From Nemertoderma westbladi (taxonomy: Eukaryota > Animalia > Xenacoelomorpha), in NCBI GenBank assembly GCA_032718475.1, contig JAUCBJ010000271.1, forward strand, positions 1 to 58,573: a DNA stretch of 58,573 nt, given 5' to 3'. The position numbers and the translations under genes are program-made. The stretch's first letter is position 1. Each line of letters starts with the position of its first letter. Positions 12,714 through 27,708 of the stretch are shown here, piece by piece. The notes under the pieces were generated by a model. That model searched no databases. It saw nothing but the letters and a program-made list of their open reading frames with translations, and was not told the DNA's origin.

Positions 12714-14464
12714 TCTATATATATAAATATCATGTGTCTGTCTGTTTGTTTGTCTGTCCAAGCTATACGTTTCTACACACAAGCACCAATCGGAGCTCGC
12801 GATACATCGAACGAAAGCTCTCGTCACGAGCACGTGCACTGTCGCTATCTCGAGTCTTATTTTACGCGTTTGTTTGCGTGAATGCAGATTTCGTGAATTT
12901 GGTACCGGTAGCGCAGTAGGCCTAGCAGTTCATTCTGTCACTCTACACGTTGGGTCTCGACTATTATGCTACTTTATGATGCGCATCTACATGATGCAGA
13001 CTGCCCCGAGCACATGGACGTGAAACGTTATTATATCGAGGCTAATTTTATGCATCATTTATGCGTGAATGCGTATTTGTGGTCAAATTGGGCTATTATT
13101 CCATAGGCCTAACCATTTTTCGGCCAAATTACAGGTCAACCAGCAGGAAACTCTATAACAGTGGTTGTACCATCAGACTCAATCTGTTCTAAATGATACT
13201 TTGCAGATATGTTCCCGACCATAGACTGTGTGATTGGGAGGACACTGATCAATCTGCAGTTCTCCAGTCTGCCGCTAGGGGGCGAAATGTCAGAAACTGA
13301 AAACCTTCTCCAATTTCGTTATTATTAACGCCTTTTAGCTGATACGTGGCAGAGGTCTACTACACCATAGGCTGTGTGTTTTCGGAGGATGCTGACCAAT
13401 CTGCAATTCCCCAGTCTGCTGCTAGGGGGAGAAATATCTGAAAGTGAAAACCTTACCCATTTCGTTGTTTATAATGCTTTTTTGCTGATACTTGGCAGAG
13501 GTCTGCTACACCATAGACTGCGTGTTTGTGGAGAACTCTGAGCAATCTGCAATTCCTCTGTCTGCCGCTAGGGGGCGCAATGTCTGAAAGTGAAAACCTT
13601 CACCAATTCCGTTGTTTATAATGCTTTTTTGCTGATACTTGGCAGAGGTCTACCACACAAAGACTGCGTGTTTGGGGAGGAGCTAGAACCAGTCTGCATT
13701 TCTCCAGTCTGCCGCTAGGGGGCCAAATGTCTGAAAGTGAAAACCTTCACCCATTTCGTTGTTTATAATGCTTTTTTGCTGATACTTGGCAGAGGTCTAC
13801 TACACAAAGACTGCGTGTTTGGGGTGGAGCTAGAACCAGTCTGCATTTCTCCAGTCTACCGCTAGGGGGCCCAATGTCTGAAAGTGAAAAGCTTATCCCA
13901 TTTCGTTATTAATATGCTTTTAGGCTGACACTTGGCAGATGTGTATTACACAATAGGGTGTGTCTGGGGAGGACGCCGAACAAACTGCAGTTCTCCATTC
14001 GGCCGCTAGACCAGTCTGCAGTTCTCCAGTCCGCCACTAGGGACGAATTGTCTGAAAGTGAAATCCTTCTCCCATTTAAATTCTTTAGAGTTTATTCTTG
14101 GCAGCGATCTAAAAGTACTGTACAGTACCTACTAAACTAAATAAACTATAGGTTGTGTTTACGAGGATGATAACCACCTGCAGTTCTACAGTTTAACCTT
14201 CTTCCATATTTTTACTATTTATAATCCTTTGGAAATGATACTTGGCAGGTATTTATCTACTTTATACAACCTACTGTAAGCCTTATGTTTGTACGTAGTA
14301 TATAGATATTTGAAAAGTAAATCAGCTTCAGTCCTTTTGTTTGAGAGAACACTCAATCATGTGACGTTTTGTTAAGTTAAGTTAATTAATTAATCTAATG
14401 TTTGGAATGGTGAATAGGCTTGTGAACTAGAAAGCCGTGGCCCGAAGGGCCACGGGCTTTCTAG
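12714..14464 (+). mobile_element. Helitron family B' (alternative 3' region), internally deleted
   Basis: Shares CCATAGGCCTAACC insertion and 3' region with 23757-26077; deletion junction near 14010. Confidence 0.75.
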
Positions 14465-14485
14465 TCTATATATATAAATATCATG

Positions 14486-14517
<32 letters not shown>

Positions 14518-16557
14518 CAAGCTATACGTTTCTACACACAAGCACCAATCGGAGCTCGCGATACATCGAACGAAAGCTCTCGTCACGAGCACGTGCACTG
14601 TCGCTATCTCGAGTCTTATTTTACGCGTTTGTTTGCGTGAATGCGAATTTCGTGAATTCGGTACCGGTAGCGCGGTAGGCCTAGCAGTTCATTATGTCAC
14701 TCGACACGTTGGGTCTCGACTATTATGCTACTTTTTGATACCAGACTTAATCTGTTCTAAATGATACTTTGCAGATCTGTTCCCGACCATAGACTGTGTT
14801 TGGGAGGACACTGATCAATCTGCAGTTCTCCAGTCTGCCGCTAGGGGGCGAAATATCCGAAACTGAAAACATCTCCCATTTCGTTATTATTAAAGCCTTT
14901 TAGCTGATACATGGCAGAGGTCTTCTACACCATAGGCTGTGTGTTTAGGGAGGATGCTGACCAATCTGCAATTCCCCAGTCTGCCGCTAGGGGGAGAAAT
15001 ATCTGAAAGTGAAAACCTTATCCCATTTCTTTGTTTATAATGCTTTTTTGCTGATACTTGGCAGAGGTCTACTACACCATACAGCGTGTTTGGGGAGGAG
15101 CTATAATCAGTCTGCATTTCTCCAGTCTACCGCTAGGGGGCCAAATGTCTGAAAGTGAACACCTTATCCCATTTCGTTATTAATAATGCTTTTAGGCTGA
15201 CACTTGGCAGATGTGTATTGCACCATATGGTGTGTGTCTGTGGAGGACGCCCAACTACCTGCAGTTCTCCATTCGGCCGCTAGGGGGCGAAATATGTGAA
15301 AGTGAAAACCTTATCCCATTTCGTTATTTATAATGCTTTTAGGCTGATACTTGGCAGAGGTCTACTACACCATAGACTGCGTGTTTGTGGAGAACTCTGA
15401 CCAATCTGCAATTCCTCTGTCTGCCACTAGGGGGCCAAATGTTTGAAAGTGAAAACCTTATCCCATTTCGTTATTAATAAAATAATGCTTTTAGGCTGAC
15501 ACTTGGCAGATGTGTATTACACCATATGGTGTGTGTCTGTGGAGGACGCTCAACTACCTGCAGTTCTCCATTCGGCCACTAAGGGGCGAAATATCTGAAA
15601 GTGAAAACCTTATCCCATTTCGTTGTTTATAATTCTTATAGGCTGGTACTTGGCAGAGGTCTACTACACCATAGGCTGCGTATTTGTGGAGAACTCTGAC
15701 CAATCTGCAATTCCTCTGTCTGCCACTAGGGGGCCAAATGTCTGAAAGTGAAAACCTTATCCCATTTCGTAATTAATAATGCTTTTAGGCTGACACTTGG
15801 CAGATGTGTATTACACCATAGGCTGTGTGTCTGAAGAGGACGCCGAACAACCTGCAGTTCTCTATTCGGCCGCTAGGGGGCGAAATGTCTGAACGTGAAA
15901 ACCTTATCCCATTTTGATGTTTATAATGTTTTTAGGCTGATACTTGTCAGAGGTCTACTACATCAAAGACTGCGTGTTTGTGGAGAACTAAGATAGTGAA
16001 AACCTCATCCCATTTGGTTCTTTTTAATCCTTTTGAGCTGAAACTTGGCAGGTATCTACTACATCCTAGGCTCTATCTTTACGGAGTTGCAGAGTCGTAT
16101 ACACTTCCCCAGTCTACCGCTAGAGGGTGAAATGTCTGAAAGTTAACATCTTCTCCAACTTTGTTATTTACAAACGGTTTAGACTGAAACTTGGTAGGCA
16201 TCTACTACAGCATAGGCTCTACCTATACGGAGTCGCAGAGTTGTATACAGTTCCCCTATCTGCCGCTAGAGGGCGAATTGTCTGATAGTGAACACCTCAT
16301 CCCAATTGGTTCTCTTTAATCCCTTTGAGCTGAAACTTGGCAGGAATCTACTACAGCATATTCTGTATCTTTACGGAGTCCCAGAGTCGTCTACAGTTCT
16401 TCAGTCTACCGCTAGAAGTCTGAATGTGAACATCTACACCAATTTTGTTATTTACAATCTGTTTAAGCTGAAACTTGAAAGGCAGGCATTTTACTTCACC
16501 ATAAACCCCATCTTTACCAAACTGCAGCGCCGTCTGCATTTCACCAGTCCGCAGGTA
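14465..16557 (+). mobile_element. Chimeric Helitron: family B 5' part fused to a family A internal segment, no 3' end
   Basis: B sequence ends GGAGAACTAAGA and continues as A sequence (GA)TAGTGAAAACCTCATCC at ~15992; the A part stops at CCGCAGGTA. Confidence 0.7.
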
Positions 16558-18138
16558 TATATATAAATATCCTCTGTCCGTCTGTGAGTCTGTGAGTCTG
16601 TCCAAGCTATACGCTCCGACACACGAGCACCAATCTGAGCGAATGATACATCGATCGAAAGCTCTCGTCCCGAGCACGTAAACTATCGCTATCTCGAGGC
16701 TTATTTTACGCGTTTGCTTGCGTGAATGCGTATTTTGTATTCGCTACAACATGTTGTGTGATAAAATCTCAAAGTGATTCAAATATTCCTTTTGGCAGTA
16801 CAGGCCTGGCAAAGCTGAGAGTTAGTTAGCAAGGCAGCTAGCTACTTGCAGACCAATCATAGGTGGCCTGCAGCAGGCTGGGTTGGTTAAGTAGTAATCT
16901 CAATAAATAGGACCCAGCAGGAGAGTGGAGTGGATCTACTGTGATTGGTTCTTGACTTACATTGGTAAGAACAAGCAGTAAATCTTAGATTAGCTTTTTT
17001 CAGTTCACATATTGTTTATAATCATAAACACAAAATGATTCAATTATTCATTTTTGCAATGTACCGGATGGGTGCTAGCGAGGTAGGCCTAGCAGGTCGT
17101 CAGTCCGTCATCCTACAAGTTGGATCTTGACTCTATCATGTGCGTGCACCTATATAATGCAGACCATCCTCAGCCCGTGAACATGAATTGTAAAGGCTAT
17201 CTCGAGGCTGATTTTTTACACATTTACTTGATACTTGCATGAATGCGTCTTTGAGGTAAAATTGCATTATTCTGCAGTTGTTTTGTTATCGGAGAAATTA
17301 CTGATCAGCAAGCAGGAAATTATAACAGCAGTTATTGCATCATCGTAACCACTCTGCTGACACTTTGCAGAATAAATTCTACCTGACCATAGCTGCGTGT
17401 TGGGAGGACGCCGACCAGTTTGCGGTTCTTCAGTCTGCCACTAGGAGGCGAAATGTCTGAAAGTGAAAATCTTATCCTATTTTGTTATTAATAATGATTT
17501 TTAGCTGAGACTTAGGTCCTTTACACAATATGTTTATAATGTTTTTTTTGCTGATACCAAGCAGAGTATACTACACCGTAGGGTGTGTATTTGGGCTTGG
17601 GGAGACGATGACTAATCTTCAGTTCCCCAGTCTGCCGCTATTAGGGGATGAAATGTCTGAATGAGGAAACCTACAATTTTGTTGTTTGTGAATGCTTTTT
17701 TGCTGATACTTGGCATTTGGCAGAGGACTACTACACCATAGTCGTCATGTTTGGGGAGGACGCTAACCAGTGCATAATTATGCAGTCTGCCACTAGGGGG
17801 CGAAATGTATGAAATTAAAACCTTTCATTTTAATACGATAGAGTTGCTGCAGTGACCTACTGCACTATAGATTATGTTTGCGAGGACGCTAACCACTACT
17901 CTGCAGTTATACAGTTTTCCACTAAGGGGAAAATATTACACACAGTTTAAACCTTTTCACATTTTATTATTTGTAATCCATTGGAGGTGTTACTTGGAAG
18001 GTATCTACTACAACATAAAGCCTTATGTTTATTATTGTATGTACTGTAGCTGCAACTAAAACGGGATCAGTCTGTTAGTCTTATGTAAAGTTTTGTTAAG
18101 TTAATTAATTTATTTATTTATGTTTGATATTGCCCTAG
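16556..18138 (+). mobile_element. Helitron family C, damaged termini
   Basis: Matches 26078-27708; lacks 5' TC and the 3' hairpin is deleted leaving only CTAG. Confidence 0.7.
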
Positions 18139-19810
18139 TCTATATATATAAATATCCTCTGTTTGTCTGTGAGTCTATGAGTCTGTGAGTCTGTCCAAGC
18201 TATACGCTCCGACACACTTACACCAATCTGAGCAAATGATACATCAATCGAAAGCTCTCGTCCTGAGCACGTAAACTATCGCTATCTCGAGGCTAATTTC
18301 ACGCGTTTGCTTGCGTGAATGCGTATTTTGTGTTCGTTCGGGCGAAATTTATCGAATTATTTCGGTTCTTCTATCGGTAATTAATTATTTAGAGGGGTAA
18401 CATTTATCCCATCTGGTATAAAATTAACATGAGTAGATTCGCCGTGTCCCATTCTCAAGAGGTTTTTATTTTATTCGAGTGTGTAATATAAATATGCATG
18501 ATTATTTATTGATTAAAAATCAAATAGTGTATAAATATGTCATATTCGACATGCAGGATCGAATGGGCCTATTGTTAGTGAATAGGGAAGGATTTTTATC
18601 TGTATCATAGCAACGTTAGGTAATTATTGAACTCGTAGCTGGCTGGGCACAGGTAAGTAGCAAGCCAAGACTAATTCTGCTTTCTCAATCAATAATGGCT
18701 GCGTGGAAAGAGAGGTTTATAACATTTTAGTTTTTTTATTATTTTACTGTTCTGAATATTAAAAGTGATAATTTCTGTAGGCCTACTTACTGTATTATTA
18801 TTTTATCTAATATTATACATACATTTAAAATCTATTAAATATAAATATCGATTATTATCTGTCTGGTGTGGGTGTGTGTTTATCATCGGCTCAGATAGGG
18901 GCAATAATAATTCATCCCTCTCCAGGGGAAATTCGACGCAAATAACAGCTGATTACTCTCAAAAATAAAACTGGAACCTGTTCTATTGTGTTAGTTTATT
19001 GTTTTGTTAGTTATATAGCTATTATGTTATTATATAGCTTTTAGAAAGGTCTCGCCCAAACTCGTTGCAAAGTAATACTCAGAGCCGTCTGAAGTTCCAC
19101 CGTCCGCCGCTAGAGGGCGAATTGTCCGATAGTGAAAACCTGTTCTCATTTGGTTGTTTTTAATGCTTTGGTAGCTATCTACTACACCATATAGGCTGTA
19201 TCTTTACGGAGTCACAGAATCGTCTACAGTTCCCCAGTCATCCGCTATTAGGGGATGAATTGTCTAAAAGAGGAAACCTACAATTTTGTTGTTTATGAAT
19301 GCTTTTTTGCTGATACTTGGCACTTGGCAGAGGACTACTACACCATAGTCTTCGTGTTTGGGGAGGACGCTAACCAGTGCAGAATTATGCAGTCTGCCAC
19401 TAGGGGGCGAAATGTCTGAAATTAAAACCTTCCATTTTAATACGATAGAGTTGCTGCAGTGACCTACTGCACTATAGGTTATGTTTGCGAGGACGCTAAC
19501 CACTTCTCTGCAGTTATGCAGTTTTCCACTAAGGGGGAAATATCACACACAGTTAAAACCTTTTCCCATTTTATTATTTGTAATCCATTGGAGGTGTTAC
19601 TTGGAAGGTATCTACTACAACATAAAGCCTTATGTTTATTATTGTATGTACTGTAGCTGCAACTAAAACGGGATCAGTCTGTTAGTCGTATGTAAAGTTT
19701 TGTTAAGTTTATTAATTTATTTATTTATGTTTGATATTGTCCATTGATTGATTGATTGTATAGAAGCTTGTGAACTAGAAAGCCGTGGCCGAAGGCCACG
19801 GGCTTTCTAG
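18139..19810 (+). mobile_element. Mosaic Helitron: C 5' end + diverged A middle + C 3' end
   Basis: C head to ~18336, TTCG|TTCG junction into A-type unique region, C-type GCTATTAGGGGATG from ~19243, C-type hairpin GTGGCCGAAGGCCAC. Confidence 0.7.
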
Positions 19811-21509
19811 TCTATATATATAAATATCATGTGTCTGTCTGTCTGTCTGTTTGTCTGTCCAAGCTATACGTTTCTACACACAAGCACCAATCTGAGCTCG
19901 CGATACATCGAACGAAAGCTCTCGTCACGAGCACGTGCACTGTCGCTATCTCGAGTCTTATTTTACGCGTTTGTTTGCGTGAATGCAGATTTCGTGAATT
20001 TGGTACCGGTATCGCAGTAGGCCTAGCAGTTCATTCTGTCACTCTACATGTTGGGTCTCGACTATTATGCTACTTTTTGATACCAGACTTAATCTGTTCT
20101 AAATGATACTTTGCAGATCTGTTCCCGACCATAGACTGTGTGTTTGGGAGGACACTGATCAATCTGCAGTTCTCCAGTCTGCCGCTAGGGGGCGAAATAT
20201 CCGAAACTGAAAACATCTCCCATTTCGTTATTATTAAAGCCTTTTAGCTGATACATGGCAGAGGTCTTCTACACCATAGGCTGTGTGTTTGGGGAGGATG
20301 CTGACCAATCTGCAATTCCCCAGACTGCCGCTAGGGGGAGAAATATCTGAAAGTGAAAACCTTATCCCATTTCTTTGTTTATAATGCTTTTTTGCTGATA
20401 CTTGGCAGAGGTCTACTACACCATACAGCGTGTTTGGGGAGGAGCTAGAGTCAGTCTGAATTTCTCCAGTCTACCGCTAGGGGGCGAAATGTCTGAAAGT
20501 GAAAACCTTATCCCATTTCGTTATTAATAATGCTTTTAGGCTGACACTTGGCAGATGTGTATTACACCATATGGTGTGTGTCTGTGGAGGACGCCCAACT
20601 ACCTGCAGTTCTCCATTCGGCCGCTAGGGGGCGAAACGTCTGAACGTGAAAACCTTATCCCATTTTGATGTTTATAAAATTTTTTAGGCTGATACTTGTC
20701 AGAGGTCTACTACATCAAAGACTGCGTGTTTGTGGAGAACTAAGACCAATCTGCAATAGCTCTGTCTGCCGCTTGGGGGCGCAATGTCTGAAAGTGAAAA
20801 CCTTTATGCATTTCATTGTTTATAATGCTTTTTTGCTGATACTTGGCAGAGGTCTTCTACACCATAGACTGTGTGTTTGGGGAGAAGCTAGAACCAGTCT
20901 GCATTTATCCAGTCTACCGCTTGGGGGCCAAATGTCTGAAAGTGAAAACCTTATCCCATTTCGTTATTAATATGATTTCAGGCTGACACTTGCCAGATGT
21001 GTAGTACACCATAGGGTGTGTGTCAAGGTAAGACGCCGAACAAACTGCAGTTCTCCATTCGGCCGCTAGAGGGTGAAATCTCTCAAGTGAAATTCTTCTC
21101 CCATTTCGTTGTTTCTAATGCTTTATTGCTTTTTGCTTGGGAAAGGCATGATGATCATAGGCTGTTTGTATGGGGAGGACGCTAACCAGTCTGCGGATTT
21201 CCAGTCTACTGCTAGGGTGCGAAAAATCTGAATCTGAAAAGTAAAAACATTCTCACATTTATTTATTAAAAATGCTTTTACGCTGATAATTGTCAGAGGT
21301 CTACTGTACTACATCATAAGGCTGCATCTATGCGAAGGACGTTGACCAGTGTAGGTATCTGAAAAGTAAAACAGCATCAGTCCTTTTGTTTGAGAGAACA
21401 CTCTCAATCATATGAAGTTTTGTTAAGTTAATTAATTAATTAATGTTTGGAATGGTGAATAGGCTTGTGAACTAGAAAGCCGTGGCCCGAAGGGCCACTG
21501 GCTTTCTAG
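19811..21509 (+). mobile_element. Helitron family B
   Basis: Intact termini; shares 5' deletion (GCTACTTTTTGATACCAGAC) with the 14465 copy. Confidence 0.8.
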
Positions 21510-23756
21510 TCTAATATATATAAATATCGATTGTCTGTCTGTCTGTCTGTCTGTTTGTCATCAGCTATACAATCGAACCCATCTCGATGAAATCTCGCTT
21601 GCTATAGCTCGTTAGAAAGGTCTCGCCCTAACTCGTTGCAACGTAATACTCAGAGCCGTCTGAAGTTCGCCCGTCTGCCGCTAGAGGGCGATTTTCTTGA
21701 TTTTCGGGCGAAATTTATCGAATTATTTATGTTCTTCTATCGGTAATTAATGATTTAGAAGGCTAACATTTATCCCACCTGGTATAAAATTAACATGGGT
21801 AGATTCGCCGTGTCCCATTCTCACAAAGTTTTTATTTTATTCGAGTGTTTAATATAAATATGTATGATTATTTATTGATTAAAAATGAAATAGTGTATAA
21901 ATATGTCATATTCGCCAAGCACGATCGAATTGGCCTATTGCTATTGAATAGGGAAGGATTGTTTTCTGTATCATAGCAACGTTAGGTAATTATTGAACTC
22001 GCAGCTAGCTGGCTGGGCACAGATAAGGAGCAAGCAGGCTGGAGTGTTGATTGGGGTGGGTTTGGGTTGTCTATTACGAATTGCTCAAGAGTAATTAATT
22101 CTGCTTTCTCAATCATTGGCTGCATGGAAGGAGAGGTTTATAAGATTTTTGTTTTACTGTTATGAATACCGGTATTAAAAGTAAAATAATTATTATTTCT
22201 GTAGGCCTATACTTACTGTATTATTATTTTATCTAATATTATACATCTAATCTCGATGAAATCTCGCTTACTATAGCTCGTTAGATAGGTCTCGCCCTAA
22301 CTCGTTGCAACGTAATACTCAGAGCCGTCTGAAGTTCCCCCGTCTGCCGCTAGAGGGCGAATTGTCCGATATTGAAAACCTGATCTCATTGGGTTGTTTT
22401 TAATGCTTTTGAGTTGAAACTCTGTAGCTATATACTGCAGCATAGGCTGTATATTTCCGGAGTCACTGAGTTGTCTACAGTTCCCCAGTCTACCGTTAGA
22501 GGGTTAAATGTCTGAGAGTTAACATCTTCTCCAACTTTGTTATTTATAATCCGTTTAGACTGAACTTGGTAGGCATCTACTACAGCATAGGCTATATCTT
22601 TACTGAGTCGCGCAGAGTTGTCTACAGTACCCGCGTCTGCCGCTAGAGGGTGAAATGTATGAAAGTAAACATATTTTCCAACTTTGTTATTTACAATCCT
22701 TTTATACTGGAACTTGGTAGGCATCTACTATAGCATAGGCTATATCTTTGCGGAGTAGTAGAGTCGTCTACAATTCCCCAGTCTACCGCTAGAGGGCGAA
22801 ATGTCTGAAAGTTAACATCTTCTCCAACTTTGTTATTTATAATCCATTTAGACTGAACTTGGTAGGCATCTACTACAGCATAGGCCATATCTTTACTGAG
22901 TCCCGCAGAGTTGTCTACATTACCCGCGTCTGCCGCTAGAGGGCGAAATGTATGAAAGTTAACATCTCCTCCAACTTTGTTATTTACAATCCTTTTAGAC
23001 TGAATCTTGGTAGGCATCTACTATAGCATAGGCTATATCTTTGCGGAGTAGTAGAGTCGTCTACAGTTCCACAGTCAGCCGCTAGAGGGCGAATTGTCTG
23101 ATAGTGAAAACCTCATCCCATTTGGTTCTTTTTAATCATTTTGAGCTGAAAATTGGTAGGCATCTACTACAGCATAGGCTGTACCTTTACGGAGTCGCAG
23201 AGTTGTATACAGTCCCCCCCCCCCCCCCCCCATATGCCGCTAGAGGGCGAAATATCTGATAGTGAACACCTCATCCTATTTGGTTCTTTTTAATCCTATT
23301 GAGCTGGAACTTGGCAGGAATCTACTACAGCATATTCTGTATCTTTACGGAGCCCCAGAGTCGTCTACAGTTCTTCAGTCTACCGCTAGAGGGTGAAATG
23401 TCTGAATGTAAACATCTACACCAATTTTGTTATTTACAATCTGTTTAAGCTGAAACTTGAAAGGCAGGCATTTTACTTCACCATAAACCCCATCTTTACC
23501 AAACTGCAGCGCCGTCTGCATTTCACCAGTCCGCAGGTAGAGGGTGGATCTGAAAGTGATCATTTTTCTGGAAATTTTGTTATTTACAATCTGCCTAAAG
23601 TTGAAACTTGACAGTTATCTCTTATGGCGGTGGCGTTTTATTTAATGATGGTGTCTGTTCCGTATGCAGTTCTCAAATCTCAAACACATATTCATATATC
23701 ATCTGCACTGCACGTGCACTAGAAAGCTGTGGCCCGAAGGGCCACAGGCTTTCTAG
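21510..23756 (+). mobile_element. Helitron family A, full-length
   Basis: TCTAATATATATAAAT start, A-type units, poly-C expansion ~23214-23231, hairpin+CTAG. Confidence 0.8.
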
Positions 23757-23779
23757 TCTATATCTATATAAATATCATG

Positions 23780-23815
<36 letters not shown>

Positions 23816-26077
23816 CAAGCTATACGTTTCTACACACAAGCACCAATCGGAGCTCGCGATACATCGAACGAAAGCTCTCGTCACGAGCACGTGCACTGTC
23901 GCTATCTCGAGTCTTATTATACGCGTTTGTTTGCGTGAATGCAGATTTCGTGAATTTGGTACCGGTAGCGCTGTAGGCCTAGCAGTTCATTCTGTCACTC
24001 TACACGTTGGGTCTCGACTATTATGCTACTTTATGATGTGCATCTACGTGATGCAGACTGCCCCGAGCACATGGACGTGAAACGTCGTTATATCGAGGCT
24101 AATTTTATGCATCATTTATGCGTGAATGCGTATTTGTGGTCAAATTGGGCTATTATTCCATAGGCCTAACCATTTTTCGGCCAAATTACAGGTCAACCAG
24201 CAGGAAACTCTATAACAGTGGTTGTACCATCAGCCTCAATCTGTTCTAAATGATACTTTGTGGATATGTTCCCGACCATAGACTGTGTGATTGGGAGGAC
24301 ACTGATCAATCTGCAGTTCTCCAGTCTGCCGCTAGGGGGTGAAATGACAGAAACTGAAAACCTTCTCCAATTTCGTTATTATTAACGCCTTTTAGCTGAT
24401 ACGTGGCAGAGGTCTACTACACCATAGGCTGTGTGTTTTCGGAGGATGCTGACCAATCTGCAATTCCCCAGTCTGCCGCTAGGGGGAGAAATATCTGAAA
24501 GTGAAAACCTTACCCATTTCGTTGTTTATAATGATTTTTTGCTGATACTTGGCAGAGGTCTGCTACACCATAGACTGCGTGTTTGTGGAGAACTCTGAGC
24601 AATCTGCAATTCCTCTGTCTGCCGCTAGGGGGCGCAATGTCTGAAAGTGAAAACCTTTACCCATTTCGTTGTTTATAATGCTTTTTTGCTGATACTTGGA
24701 AGAGGTCTACCACACAAAGACTGCGTGTTTGGGGAGGAGCTAGAACCAGTCTGCATTTCTCCAGTCTGCCGCTAGGGGGCTAAATGTCTGAAAGTGAAAA
24801 CCTTCACCCATTTCGTTGTTTATAATGCTTTTTTGCTGATACTTGGCAGAGGTCTACTACACAAAGACTGCGTGTTTGGGGTGGAGCTAGAACCAGTCTG
24901 CATTTCTCCAGTCTACCGCTAGGGGGCTCAATGTCTGAAAGTGAAAACCTTATCCCATTTCGTTATTAATATGCTTTTAGGCTGACACTTGGCACATGTG
25001 TAATACACCATAGGGTGTGTCTGGGGAGAACGCCGAACAAACTGCAGTTCTCCATTCGGCCGCTAGGGGGCGAAATGTCTGAAAGTGAATACCCTCTCCC
25101 ATTTCGATGTTTATAATGCTTTTAGGCTGATGCTTGGCAGAGGTCTACTACACCATAGGCTGTGTCTTTGTGGAGAACTCTGACCAATCTGCAATTCCTC
25201 CGTCTGCCACTAGGGGGCGCAATGTCTGAAAGTCAAAACCATCACCCATTTCGTTATTAATAATGCTTTTATGCTGATACTTTGCAGAGGTCTACTATAC
25301 CATAGGCTGTGTTTTTGTGGAGAACTCTGACCAATCTGCAATTCCTCAGTCTGCCGCTAGAGGGTGAAATGTCTGAAATGAAAACCTTCTCCCATTTCGT
25401 TGTTTCTAATGCTTTTTTTTATACTTGGGAAAGGTATACTACACCATAGGCTGTGTGTTTGGGGCGGATGCTAACCAGTCTGCAGTTCTCCAGTATACTG
25501 CTAGAGGGTGCGAAATGTCTGAAAAGTGAAAACATTTTCACATTTATTTATTAAAAATGCTTTTAGGCTGATACTTGGCAGAGGTCTCTGTACTACATCA
25601 TAAGCTGCGTCTTTGGGAAGGACGTTGACCAGTCTGCAGTTCTCCAGTCCGCCACTAGGGACGAATTGTCTGAAAGTGAAATCCTTCTCCCATTTAAATT
25701 CTTTAGAGTTGATTCTTGGCAGCGATCTAAAAGTACTGTACAGTACCTACTAAACTAAATAAACTATAGGTTGTGTTTACGAGGATGATAACCACCTGCA
25801 GTTCTACAGTTTAACCTTCTTCCATATGTTTACTATTTATAATCCTTTGGAAATGATACTTGGCAGGTATTTATCTACTTTATACAACCTACTGTAAGCC
25901 TTATGTTATACGTAGTATATAGATATTAAGAAAGGTAAATCAGCTTCAGTCCTTTTGTTTGAGAGAACACTCAATCATGTGACGTTTTGTTAAGTTAATT
26001 AATTAATCTAATGTTTGGAATGGTGAATAGGCTTGTGAACTAGAAAGCCGTGGCCCGAAGGGCCACGGGCTTTCTAG
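23757..26077 (+). mobile_element. Helitron family B', full-length
   Basis: Intact termini, about 10 units, hairpin CCGTGGCCCGAAGGGCCACGG. Confidence 0.8.
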
Positions 26078-27708
26078 TCTATATATATAAATATCCTCTG
26101 TCTGTCTGTGAGTCTGTGAGTCTGTCCAAGCTATACGCTTCGACACACGAGCACCAATCTGAGCGAATGATACATCGATAGAAAGCTCTCGTCCCGAGCA
26201 CGTAAACTATCGCTATCTCGAGGCTTATTTTACGCTTATGCTTGCGTGAATGCGTATTTTGTATTCGCTGCAACATGTTGTGTGATAAAATCTCAAAGTG
26301 ATTCCAATATTCCTTTTGGCAGTACAGGCCTGGCAAAGCTGAGAGTTAGTTAGCAAGGCAGCTAGGGTGGCCTGCAGCAGGCTGGGTTGGTTAAGTAGTA
26401 ATCTCAATAAATAGGACCCAGCAGGAGAGTGGAGTGGATCTACTGTGATTGGTTCTTGACTTACATTGACTTACAAGCAGTAAATCTTAGATTAGCTTTT
26501 TTCAGTTCACATGTTTATAACATAAACACAAAATGATTCAATTATTCATTTTTACAATGTACCGGATGGGTGCTAGCGAGGTAGGCCTATCAGGTCGTCA
26601 GTCCGTCATCCTACAAGTTGAATCTTGACTCTTATCATGTGCGTGCATCTATATGATGCAGACCATGCTGAGCCCGTGAACATGAATTGTAAAGGCTATC
26701 TCGAAGCTGATTTTTTACACATTTACTTGATACTTTCATGAATGCGTATTTGAGGTAAAATTGCATTTATTCTGCAGTTGTTTTGTTATCGGACAAATTA
26801 CTGATCAGCAAGCTGGAAATTATAACAGCAGTTATTGCATCATCGTAACCACTCTGTTCCAACTGACACTTTGAAGAAGAAATTCTACCTGACCATAGCT
26901 GCGTGTTGGGAGGACGCCGACCAGTCTGAGGGTCTTCAGTCTGCCACTAGGAGGCGAAATGTCTGAAAGTGAAAATCGTATCCTATTTTGTTATTAATAA
27001 TGATTTTTAGCTGATACTTAGGTCCTTTACACAATATGTTTATAATGTTTGTTTGCTGATACCAAGCAGAGTATACTACACCGTAGGGTGTGTATTTGGG
27101 CTTGGGGAGACGATGACAAATCTACAGTTCCCCAGTCTGCCGCTATTAGGGGATGAAATGTCTGAATGAGGATACCTACTATTTTGTTGTTTATGAATGC
27201 TTTTTTGCTGATACTTGGCACTTATTGGCAGAGGACTACTACACCATAGTCTTCGTGTTTGGGGAGGACGCTAACCAGTGCAGAATTATGCAGTCTGCCA
27301 CTAGGGGGCGAAATGTCTGAAATTAAAACCTTCCATTTTAATAAGATAGAGGAGTTGCTGCAGTGACCTACTGCACTATAGGTTATGTTTGCGAGGACGC
27401 TAATCACTACTCTACAGTTATACAGTTTTCCACTAAGGGGTAAATATTACACAGAGTTTAAACCTTTTCCAATTTTATTATTTGTAATCCATTGGAGGTG
27501 TTACTTGGTAGGTATCTACTACAACATAAAGCCTTATGTTTATTATTGTATGTAGCTGCAACTAAAACGGGATCAGTCTGTTAGTCTTATGTAAAGTTTT
27601 GTTAAGTTAATTAATTATTTATTTATGTTTGATATTGTCCATTGATTGATTGATTGTATAGAAGCTTGTGAACTAGAAAGACGTGGCCGAAGGCCACGGG
27701 CTTTCTAG
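26078..27708 (+). mobile_element. Helitron family C, full-length
   Basis: 5' TCTATATATATAAATATCCTCTG, ~4 degenerate units, (ATTG)n, hairpin GTGGCCGAAGGCCAC + CTAG. Confidence 0.8.
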
